In this document: positions 51,131-59,994 of the stretch, piece after piece | Position numbering within the stretch: position 1 is the stretch's first letter | How the letters are laid out: every line of letters starts with the position of its first letter | Assembly (NCBI GenBank): GCA_002269645.1 | Contig: NIVC01000247.1 | Span: 558,001 to 622,000, forward strand | From: Macrostomum lignano | Lineage: Eukaryota | DNA: 64,000 nucleotides | Direction: 5' to 3' | Translations under genes and position numbers: made by a program | The notes under the pieces: model-generated | Database searches by the model: none | What the model saw: the letters and a program-made list of their open reading frames with translations, nothing else | What the model was told of the DNA's origin: nothing

Positions 51131-51149
51131 AACTATATAGATAGACTGT

Positions 51150-51530
51150 AAAAAATTAACCCGCAGTGACACGCACTAATCCAACGGAGACCATCACTGA
51201 CCTAATCCAAGTGTCGATCAGTGACCCGCTTAATGGCAAATGATCTTCACTGACCCGAACTAATCCAAGTGGCCTTCAGTAACAGGCATTAATCCAAGTG
51301 GCCTTTAGTGAACCGCACTAATCCAACAGTGACAATCACTGACCCGCACTAATCCAATTGACCATCAGTGACCCGCACTAATCCAAGTGACCATCAGTGA
51401 CCCGCACTAATCCAACAGTGACAATCACTGTCCCGCACTAATCCAAGTTACTATCAGTGACCCGCACTAATCCAAGTGGCCTTCAGTGACCGGCACTAAT
51501 CCAAGTGAACTTTAGTGAATCGCACTAATC
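51150..51530. repeat. Diverged repeat of about 30 bp
   Basis: Recurrent GACCCGCACTAATCCAAG core. Confidence 0.8.
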
Positions 51531-51544
51531 TACGTGACTCAGTT

Positions 51545-52400
51545 ACTGGACAAAATTACCTGAAATTTGCTCCCCACTACACAGATCTGGAGGCCGGACA
51601 GAATTACCTGAAATTTGCTCCCCACTACACAGATCTGGAGGCCGGACAGAATTACCTGAAATTTGCTCCCCACTACACAGATCTGGAGGCCGGACAGAAT
51701 TACCTGAAATTTGCTCCCCACTACACAAATCTGGAGGCCGGACAGAATTACCTGAAATTTGCTCCCCACTACACAGATCTGGAGGCCGGACAGAATTACC
51801 TGAAATTTGCTCCCCACTACACAAATCTGGAGGCCGGACAGAATTACCTGAAATTTGCTCCCCACTACACAAATCTGGAGGCCGGACACAATTACCTGAA
51901 ATTTGCTCCCCACTACACAAATCTGGAGGCCGGACAGAATTACCTGAAATTTGCTCCCCACTACACAGATCTGGAGGCCGGACAGAATTACCTGAAATTT
52001 GCTCCCCACTACACAGATTTGGAGGCCGAACAGAATTACCTGAAATTTGCTCCCCACTACACAAATCTGGAGGCCGGACAGAATTACCTGAAATTTGCTC
52101 ATTACTACACAGATCTGGAGGCCGGACAGAATTACCTGAAATTTGCTCCCCACTACACAGATCTGGAGGCCGGACAGAATTACCTGAAATTTGCTCCCCA
52201 CTACACAGATCTGGAGGCCGGACAGAATTACCTGAAATTTGCTCCCCACTACACAAATCTGGAGGCCGGACAGAATTACCTGAAATTTGCTCCCCACTAC
52301 ACAGATCTGGAGGCCGGACAGAATTACCTGAAATTTGCTCCCCACTACACAAATCTGGAGGCCGGACAGAATTACCTGAATTTTGCTCCCCACTACAGTA
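51545..52400. repeat. 48-bp tandem repeat, about 18 copies
   Basis: GGACAGAATTACCTGAAATTTGCTCCCCACTACACAGATCTGGAGGCC. Confidence 0.95.
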
Positions 52401-52443
52401 GAAGGCATGAGGGGGCTTCTGGGACAAAATTTTTCACCTCCTC

Positions 52444-52745
52444 CATAATCCCATTAAATCCATCCATATTATCCCCGACAGAATCAGAAAAAAAGGGGGG
52501 GTCGCCCTTGCTCCGAAAACATCCTCCATAATCCCATTAAATCCATCCATATTATCCCTGACAGAATCAGAAAAAAAGGGGGGTCGCACTCGCTCACAAA
52601 ACATCGTCCATAATCCACCTAAATCCATCCATATTATCCCTGACAGAATCATGAAAAAGTGGAGGGGTCGCACTTGTTCTGAAAACTTCGAACATAATCC
52701 TATTAAATCCATCCATATTACCCCCGACAGAATCAGACAGTGGAC
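52444..52745. repeat. About 83-bp diverged repeat, 4 copies
   Basis: CATAATCC...AAATCCATCCATATTA...GACAGAATC at 52444, 52527, 52609 and 52693. Confidence 0.85.
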
Positions 52746-52930
52746 ACCTGTTATGCTCGCTGACACTGACATAATCCACTGACATCCACCCATAGCATGT
52801 TCGAAACAATCAGAAAATAATCTGCATTCTTCTCCCCACATTCAATTTGCAACGCGAAACCAGATCCCAAAGATTTTAAATTATCAGCGCAGGGTCCTCA
52901 CCCTTTGAAAAAATTAAATTCTCAATAAAA

Positions 52931-53170
52931 ATGTTTCCAGTTGTCTCTCCAGGTTCTTATTATACTCAGCCTAATCCATTGTACAAATCCAAGTACCAAT
53001 GCAAACTTGAATGCAGCGAATACATGAGAAAATATTGGCCCAACGTTGATATCAATGTCCCTAATATTAATCTAGCTCTCCAAAGACACTGGTTTCATAA
53101 GTATGGAGTAACCTATGTAAAAGATTACGATAGCTACTATAACTTTGCAGAAATCATTAGGCAATTGTGA
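52931..53170 (+). CDS. Polinton-associated hypothetical protein, 79 aa, Tyr-rich
   Basis: ATG ORF with an A-rich leader, convergent with the penton gene (stops 4 bp apart). No family recognised. Confidence 0.5.
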   Translation: MFPVVSPGSYYTQPNPLYKSKYQCKLECSEYMRKYWPNVDINVPNINLALQRHWFHKYGVTYVKDYDSYYNFAEIIRQL

Positions 53171-53174
53171 TTTC

Positions 53175-54054
53175 TTACATTCTTTCAATGATCAACGTCA
53201 ATACAAACTCTTCCCCATTAAAATCAACGCCCATCCCATCTTCAGTCTCAAACTGTAGCACAATCTCGTGAATCTCCTTATTACTCAATACAACTCTTTT
53301 CACTGGATTTGGTTTCTCTACCACCATCTGTCCTCCAGCAACAGAGTTGGAGATGTTGTACAAAATATTCGTTCGCTTTCCCTTAAATACCCAATCAAGA
53401 CTGAGATTGCTTCTGATTAGAATATTCAAACCCTTTACAATGTCTGCAATATTGGGTGCTAAGAACAAACCGCTTACATTTTCCCGGGCCATTTTAACGG
53501 TCCCCGATGCTTGAGTGGCGGTCCGCGCCGCGGATTCTGCCTTATAAACTTTCTTCTCGAATCCCAGTTCCCTATACCAAGTGTCATCTTTAAACTCAAC
53601 CTCCGCATCTTTGTGAACTTGCATGACCACTCTCATTACAGTGAGATCATAGGTTAGTTTGACAGGGAACAGTTTCTTCTCTGGCTTACTCGAATCAGGT
53701 GTCTCAAAAGTCAAAATGGCCTCTCTTAGTGAAGACATTTTCTAGAAAGTTATTGTAGGTATCCACACTTTGCGTGCTCACATGGAATACCACAGGGTCT
53801 GCTGCTGCACCTTTCCATTTGTAATAAAACTTATTATTTGCTGCCATCACATTAGGAACGTTTGACCAACCGGTGAAGTCGTTAAGATAGACATGGTAAT
53901 TAGCACCTGGATCCAGGCGAATCGCCTGCTCTAATTTTTCAACAAATATCCCGTTTGAGTCATTAATTCGCCCAGTTATTGTAATAGGAATGCTCTCCTT
54001 AGAGTGAGAAACAATATTATTTAGTCTTTCAGCAATCGCTTCCATTTTTTTCAC
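53175..54054 (-). CDS. Minor capsid protein (penton, single jelly roll), split by one extra base near 53738
   Basis: N-part NDFTGWSNVPNVMAANNKFYY and C-part ILIRSNL...VVEKPNPVKRVVL...EIVLQFETEDGMGVDFNGEEFVLTL match Polinton penton motifs. Removing one A from the minus-strand CTAGAAAATG run joins them into about 290 aa. Confidence 0.8.
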
Positions 54055-54065
54055 AAAAAAAATAT

Positions 54066-55352
54066 TTAAACTTTACTGGATGAATTGTTGATCATGTTAA
54101 GCTTCACCTTCCTCTCAAATGCATAGATAATGTACAGGTCCACGGGTGTTGCGGTAGTCCTTTCAATGTTATTCACGATATTCACAGGGCTGTTATCAGT
54201 AGGCATTTGTCTGGCAGACACATCAGCGCCAAACATCGGATATAGAGTTCCATATTGAAGAGCAGTGATAGCAATTCCATTGTTCTCTTTCACAGCCAAG
54301 TCGACCAACTCGCTGTAAAATTTGCTAATCTTGTTCTGACTGAAATCTCCATTTTGTGGCAGTGCAGGGTAAAGATTATCACTGATTTCATGCTGAATGG
54401 ACCGCACGTCTCCATGCATGTAGCGTATGATGCTATTTGGGTTTCTCATATTAATAATGATATACCTTGGATTGCTGCATGATCCCTCTTTAATGCAGAT
54501 GTTTGTTCTAGTTTCGTTTCGCTCATCTCGACACATGTAGGCTGTGTATGCAACATCAATGTCCTTCTCTATTGCCTTGAGATAGTCTGCTTTTAGTGCA
54601 GTCTTTGGCTCAATGACTTCCAAATACAGCTCGATTCCGGTTAGCTTCACCTCCATCCTTGTGTGGTCCGCCCCAGTCCACAACACTCTACTGCGATCAT
54701 CTCTAGTCATCTTAAAGGTGTAGCTAAAGTTACTAGTCAGTCGATTAAATGTATTACAGAATCCACTCATGAATCTCAATGGTACAAATACATCAACAGA
54801 CCGATACTGTGGGTTCTTAGCAGCATCATCAGCACCTTGCAATGCATAGTTGTATCTCTTCTTCCTCTTTTTATAGCCACTGTCATTGATGTCTCCTTCT
54901 TTTTCATCTGCAATAAAACCCGCACCACTTCCCAACTGAATAAAATCAGGATTCTCGATCAAACAATGAGCGTCATAGACAATTCCAAAGTTGGCGATTC
55001 GCTCCAACTCGGTGCTCCCATTCGATACACTAAACTCCTTGAACATGTACGCCCAAAAGTTACTGATCAGAGCCACATCCGCATCATGCTTGTCAACGTT
55101 AGCACGAGCCGCATCCGCACCACCTTTTGTCTTGAATTGAAATGTCATATGGAAGCCGCTCTTAAGACTGTGCACACTAACCAGAGACGAACATCCATTG
55201 TATGTAAATGTCAGTGTTTGACCTGGACCCAAATTAGTTTCATTCTGGTTCTCGTGACTCGGAACTCTAACTTGTGTCGCTTTGATTGTGCTATCATCAC
55301 TCAAAATAGGCTTGTTAATTTTGTAGAAAACTGGTGTCAGTGGGTCGTTCAT
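54066..55352 (-). CDS. Major capsid protein (double jelly roll, Polinton PY-like), 428 aa
   Basis: Recalled Polinton MCP motifs ISNFWAYMFKE...ELERIANFG, VPLRFMSGFC, PRYIII, LYP...DFSQN...FYSEL and YPMFGADVS; expected size; adjacent to the penton gene. Confidence 0.8.
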   Translation of the reverse strand: MNDPLTPVFYKINKPILSDDSTIKATQVRVPSHENQNETNLGPGQTLTFTYNGCSSLVSVHSLKSGFHMTFQFKTKGGADAARANVDKHDADVALISNFWAYMFKEFSVSNGSTELERIANFGIVYDAHCLIENPDFIQLGSGAGFIADEKEGDINDSGYKKRKKRYNYALQGADDAAKNPQYRSVDVFVPLRFMSGFCNTFNRLTSNFSYTFKMTRDDRSRVLWTGADHTRMEVKLTGIELYLEVIEPKTALKADYLKAIEKDIDVAYTAYMCRDERNETRTNICIKEGSCSNPRYIIINMRNPNSIIRYMHGDVRSIQHEISDNLYPALPQNGDFSQNKISKFYSELVDLAVKENNGIAITALQYGTLYPMFGADVSARQMPTDNSPVNIVNNIERTTATPVDLYIIYAFERKVKLNMINNSSSKV

Positions 55353-55382
55353 TTTTTAACTAAAAATAAAATAAAATAAGAA

Positions 55383-56597
55383 ATGAAGCGGAAAAGTTCA
55401 TATCATATCTCTGAACTAGAAAAGCTGGCGCAAGCAGAGAAACGAGTTACCGGACTAATCAACAAAGAACAACAATCTTACAATGAATTCGTCCAAGCAG
55501 CCACCGAATTTCACAAACCTGGATACACAGAAGCGAAGAAAAACATCGACACTGTGAAGGAAACAATTGATGATATTCAAGAGAGCCAGTTGCAAAACAC
55601 ATTGGGTAAAATTCCATCTTCACCGGGACAACCACAGGCTCAGCAACCAGGACAACCAGTGCAGATGAAAGTGACAGATAACTTTTTTGGCCCCGTAACG
55701 GATGATGGAAAATATATATTTGGAATTAGCGCCTGGCGAAAAAATATCACCGGGGAACCGGCGGATTACAACATTGAAGTGACGAAGGAAACTATTTCAA
55801 TCAATAAAGGCGCAGAAACTAAACGAATCCCCTTCACTCAAAGTTTACTCGACTACATGACTAAAAATCAGGAAAAAATATCCGAGAAGCAATTAAAGAA
55901 TTATAGAGATCTGGTTACCTTCGCTTTAGAGAGGGACATCGACATTCTCAAGAACAACGGTGTTTTGAAAGTTTTACATGAAAACAGGATTGACTTGAAC
56001 AGGTTTAGAAAATACAAATACTTTAAACAATGGTTTGGTTTGCCGGATCAAGAAGAGGTCATAAGACAACAACCACAACAACCACAGCCACAACAGCAGC
56101 AACCACAACAGCAGCAACCAAAACAACAACTACAACAACCACAACAGCAGCAACCACAAACACAACCACAACCACAACAACCTCCACCGCCACAGCAACA
56201 AATCACACCCGAACAAGTACTAGAAGCGCTTGAAAAAGCAGGGCCAAATGAGATTTCCCAGTACAAAGATACAAACCCTGATACTTGGCGACAATTAGAG
56301 CGGCTCTCCCCAGAACGAATGAAGCGAATCAATGACAGAGTATTCACACCTCAACAAAGACAAGCGCCACATGACAGTTCCTCCTCTGACCAATCATTCG
56401 AATCACCTCCAAGCTCTTCCGGAAAAGGCATGCCTGAATTCTACAAGCGAGTAGCGGTTCTTCTAGGAGCGGCAAAGACCGGAATGAAAGATGAAAATAG
56501 AAAAGAATTTGTCAACATCCTGGACAAAATGATGGAAAAGAAGTATATTGACAAACGGGCGAGAGAGCTTCTGCTTTCGCGGTTCAACAAAAAATAA
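55383..56597 (+). CDS. Polinton hypothetical protein, 404 aa, with Q/P tract and helical C-terminal motif
   Basis: Intact ORF. The C-terminus (EFYKRVAVLLGAAKTG...KEFVNILDKMME) resembles a motif recalled from uncharacterised Polinton ORFs. Confidence 0.7.
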   Translation: MKRKSSYHISELEKLAQAEKRVTGLINKEQQSYNEFVQAATEFHKPGYTEAKKNIDTVKETIDDIQESQLQNTLGKIPSSPGQPQAQQPGQPVQMKVTDNFFGPVTDDGKYIFGISAWRKNITGEPADYNIEVTKETISINKGAETKRIPFTQSLLDYMTKNQEKISEKQLKNYRDLVTFALERDIDILKNNGVLKVLHENRIDLNRFRKYKYFKQWFGLPDQEEVIRQQPQQPQPQQQQPQQQQPKQQLQQPQQQQPQTQPQPQQPPPPQQQITPEQVLEALEKAGPNEISQYKDTNPDTWRQLERLSPERMKRINDRVFTPQQRQAPHDSSSSDQSFESPPSSSGKGMPEFYKRVAVLLGAAKTGMKDENRKEFVNILDKMMEKKYIDKRARELLLSRFNKK

Positions 56598-56613
56598 TTT
56601 ATTTCAAGTAAAA

Positions 56614-57011
56614 ATGCCACTTATTTTTGAGAAAGACGTGGACAAATACTATGACAAAGAGGAACTTAATCTCATTAAACGCGGATCTGGACTATTCCCT
56701 GCAGGCCACTATCCAAGAAAAGAACGCTCTGGGAATGGCCTTGCCGATTTGATCGCTCAGGGGCCAAGATTTTTAAGGTCATTGGAGAGAACAAAGAGAA
56801 CATCAAGAACGTTGCCGAAGCGGGTGGCAGTGTAGCCACAGCAGCCAAAAAGATAAAGGATACTGTAACACCTAAACAAGAGATTCAACCTCCACTGGCC
56901 CCGCTGGCTCCGCTGGCTTCGCTGGCCCCAAATCCAGACAGTGTGGACCCTGCAGTCTATGAGAAGATGAGAGCTAGCATTAAAAAAGGAAGTGGTTTCA
57001 AATTTGACTAA
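56614..57011 (+). CDS. Putative virion core / membrane-lytic-type small protein, about 132 aa, one-base frameshift near 56760
   Basis: MPLIF...KRGSGL...SGNGLADLIAQG continues as AKIFKVIGENKE...IKKGSGFKFD* if one G is added to the GGGG run. Confidence 0.6.
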
Positions 57012-57054
57012 AGGGTACTTTCCGAGGGTACAAGAAATGTAAAGGTACAAGACT

Positions 57055-57263
57055 AGTCCCAAAATGACACATCTAAGTCCCAAAATGACACATCTAAGTC
57101 CCAAAATGACACATCTAAGTCCCAAAATGACACATCTAAGTCCCAAAATGACACATCTAAGTCCCAAAATGACACATCTAAGTCCCAAAATGACACATCT
57201 AAGTCCCAAAATGACACATCTAAGTCCCAAAATGACACATCTAAGTCCCAAAATGACACATCT
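57055..57263. repeat. 21-bp tandem repeat, about 10 perfect copies, between viral genes
   Basis: AGTCCCAAAATGACACATCTA. Confidence 0.95.
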
Positions 57264-57307
57264 TCTAAATTATTTATTATTAAAAAAAATTTTATCATAG
57301 AAAAAAA

Positions 57308-58108
57308 ATGGACTTTTCAAGCGACTTCAATCCTCACTGGACGCGTAATCAGATTAAGTTTTCTCATCATGAGTCAATCCCGAGTCACTTCAGATGCATT
57401 GTTGTTGGTTCATCAGGTTCAGGTAAAACATTCAGAGTCTTTAACATGCTTCTTAGACCTGGCTTTATCGACTATGACACTCTGCACATCTACTCTCCCA
57501 CATTGTATCAAGATGAGTATAAAATGCTGATTTCTGGATTGCAAAACAAACTGAACAAAGAGGACATTATTCAATGTTTTAATAACCAAATGAGCCTTCC
57601 CAGTAACCCAGAAATTGTAGCTGCTGAATATGCAAAGCACCTCAAAGACAATGAAAAATGGCAGAACATTAAAGTGTTCACCTATGGAGATCCACAGGCT
57701 GATCCAAAGACCAAACTTCTACCCCAACCAGATGAGCTAGAAAAGGGGAGAAAGCATTTGATCGTCTTTGATGATTGTATGACAGGCCCACAGAAGCAGA
57801 TAGAAAACTATTTTACAAGAGGGCGACATAACAATTGTAATGTAATTTACATTGCACAGAATTGGTTCGAGCTCCCGAAAAAAACAATTCGTGGGAACTG
57901 CAATCTGATTCTCCTGTTTCCAACCATTCCACAGGACAGGTTAAAAAGATTTTACAATGAGGTCATTGCGCCTGCCTATTTCATAAATCCAACAAAAAAC
58001 TCAAGCAGAAAGATTTCACAAGAGGAATTCGTTAATCTTTGCTATGACAAGTGGAATCAGCCTTACCAGTTTGTGATTATCAGCAAAGAAAAAAGAACTG
58101 TAATTTAA
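57308..58108 (+). CDS. Genome-packaging ATPase (A32/FtsK-HerA family)
   Basis: Walker A GSSGSGKT, Walker B LIVFDD, arginine motif RGRHNN, and IRGNCN. Confidence 0.92.
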   Translation: MDFSSDFNPHWTRNQIKFSHHESIPSHFRCIVVGSSGSGKTFRVFNMLLRPGFIDYDTLHIYSPTLYQDEYKMLISGLQNKLNKEDIIQCFNNQMSLPSNPEIVAAEYAKHLKDNEKWQNIKVFTYGDPQADPKTKLLPQPDELEKGRKHLIVFDDCMTGPQKQIENYFTRGRHNNCNVIYIAQNWFELPKKTIRGNCNLILLFPTIPQDRLKRFYNEVIAPAYFINPTKNSSRKISQEEFVNLCYDKWNQPYQFVIISKEKRTVI

Positions 58109-58124
58109 AATTTGCTATTAAAAG

Positions 58125-58784
58125 ATGTCGATAAACTTTGCAGGTGAATCCATTTCTGGCAACAGCGCTCTTACATCAGCTCAGATATCCATCCTTGACA
58201 GGCGATATATCAACAGCGACGAAAAGATCCCAGAGATCAAACTGAATAAAAACAGACTGAAAGCCCTAGAGCGCTCCATGCACCAGTTGCAAATAAACAT
58301 GGAAGATCTCAGGCTTAAAGTAGCTAGGCAGAAGTTTGAAAGTGATAAGCTTTATGTGCCGTTGTTAAACGCAACTAATGAACTAAGGTCAGAAATAACT
58401 TCGATAGTCTCGCTAATCAACGGCTTGAGATCATCAGTTAATCTTCTGGGAAATTCCACTGATAGACGGATGCGTATTCTCGAAGGAGGAGTTTTCACAA
58501 ACACAGCTAAAGTAAATAATTTAGAAGAGTTCATGACTCAGTCAACATCGTTGCATGATCGAATCAAAGAAAGACTTGAAGCATTAAAGAGAAAGGATGT
58601 ATCACACAGTAGCTATCTAAACGGAATGTATAGCTCTTGGGGTAAAATACTAAGGAGGCTTAATCGTCTGGAGAGAACACTCAATCTTCGTGATATTGCT
58701 ATTGATGAAGCAGAATCTGCTGCTCGTCCGGTCATTTCTGCAGATGAAATTATCAAAAAGAAAACAGATCTTTCAACTGGGTAG
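58125..58784 (+). CDS. Coiled-coil hypothetical protein, 219 aa (possible fibre/structural)
   Basis: Intact ORF with heptad-like helices, co-oriented between viral genes. Confidence 0.6.
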   Translation: MSINFAGESISGNSALTSAQISILDRRYINSDEKIPEIKLNKNRLKALERSMHQLQINMEDLRLKVARQKFESDKLYVPLLNATNELRSEITSIVSLINGLRSSVNLLGNSTDRRMRILEGGVFTNTAKVNNLEEFMTQSTSLHDRIKERLEALKRKDVSHSSYLNGMYSSWGKILRRLNRLERTLNLRDIAIDEAESAARPVISADEIIKKKTDLSTG

Positions 58785-58821
58785 TTTTTTAATTTTTTTA
58801 TTTTTTTTTCTAGGGAAAAAA

Positions 58822-59535
58822 ATGGCCCAACAAAATTCTCTATACGATCAGTCTCAATACGTTGAACCTAAAATACCGACAGCACCAAACTCAATGGCAC
58901 CGAATTCGAACACACAAAACCTGGCACCGAATCTGAATGCACCCCAATATGAGCAACAAAAACTCTACCCCGTCATTACTTGTAACTCTCAACAGTTTCG
59001 ACTAGTGGAGATTCAAAAAATGCGCGATGATCTTGAAAAAAATATTTTCCACAACACAAAGAAAATTAAGCGCTATGACAACCACTGTAAATTTTTCGAC
59101 TACAGCAATATGATTCTAGGATCTGTGTCTGTTCTATCTGGATCTGCTGCAGCTGTCTCAGTGTTGCCAGTCATCACAGCCCCAATCGCAATCCCGCTCG
59201 GCTCTGTGGGTGCTGCATGTGGACTTATTTCAGCAATTACTGGAGCATTAGCGCGAAACAGGCGAAAAAAACTAAAGCAGCTACAGGAGAAGCAAGTAAA
59301 AGAGAAAGGGGTACACACTTCAATCATAGGGTACATTTCAAGGGCAATCGAGGATAAGTTCATTTCAGAGGATGAGTTCAAAACCATTCAGGATCTTTAT
59401 GAACAATCAATTCGAATGAACTTGAACATGGTCGGTATTGATGACATGAGTCAGCTGAGAAATGAACTCGAGAAAGTTCTTCAACATTATGTGGAAAGAA
59501 GGACAACGAGAAGTACAACGAGGAATGCACAATGA
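58822..59535 (+). CDS. Conserved Polinton/adintovirus membrane-associated protein (two hydrophobic helices)
   Basis: FRLVEI...KKIKRY, a hydrophobic Gly/Ala hairpin, and ISRAIEDKFISEDEF, a pattern recalled from Polinton ORFs. ATG at 58822. Confidence 0.7.
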   Translation: MAQQNSLYDQSQYVEPKIPTAPNSMAPNSNTQNLAPNLNAPQYEQQKLYPVITCNSQQFRLVEIQKMRDDLEKNIFHNTKKIKRYDNHCKFFDYSNMILGSVSVLSGSAAAVSVLPVITAPIAIPLGSVGAACGLISAITGALARNRRKKLKQLQEKQVKEKGVHTSIIGYISRAIEDKFISEDEFKTIQDLYEQSIRMNLNMVGIDDMSQLRNELEKVLQHYVERRTTRSTTRNAQ

Positions 59536-59539
59536 ACCC

Positions 59540-59941
59540 TTATGAAACACAGGTACGAATAATTTCCTTGTAGGTCTTTCGTGTTTTGGTCATTGCATAC
59601 AAAACAGTCATGCACAGCTCACCGCAAATATCACTGCTAAGACCTTGGAGAATAAAGTCTGAGCGATAAATTTTTTTATTATTTTTTCCCTTCATATAAT
59701 TTCTTAGCTCTTCTGGTACCGCCGTCCCATAGCTATCGAAGTAACAACACTTGTGCTTGCGATCGGGATCAATCACCCAGCAAACCCAATGAGATCCTGG
59801 CTTATCGGTGGTGTCAAAGTTCACGATGCCACATTCTCCTCCCAGAGGAAAATCAGGCAGAGTGTCCCTCATAAATATTCCTCTAAAGTTTGGGATTTCC
59901 AGTTCGTTAGCCAAATCTTCAAGAAAGTTATTTGTTGTCAT
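59540..59941 (-). CDS. Adenain-like cysteine (maturation) protease
   Basis: GIVNFD...GSHWV (His), YFDSYG (Asp) and LQGLSSDICGELC (Gln, Cys). Confidence 0.92.
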   Translation of the reverse strand: MTTNNFLEDLANELEIPNFRGIFMRDTLPDFPLGGECGIVNFDTTDKPGSHWVCWVIDPDRKHKCCYFDSYGTAVPEELRNYMKGKNNKKIYRSDFILQGLSSDICGELCMTVLYAMTKTRKTYKEIIRTCVS

Positions 59942-59994
59942 TTTTTATGAGGTTTATTAAACTTTCTCTTAAACCTAAACCCAACCTCCACCTC

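Noticed and set aside
12943-52400. Long repetitive ORFs over the minisatellites (e.g. APKLLQ, QLTSSAQQ, SHHPY, PVSCRA, QPSHS, QNYLKFAPH)
   Set aside because: They arise from stop-free short units, are open in several frames and on both strands, and have no splice or start context or unique flanking domains.
50944-52400. CRISPR-like arrays (32-bp and 48-bp periodicity)
   Set aside because: Units are head-to-tail with no unique spacers, there are no cas genes, and the context is eukaryotic.
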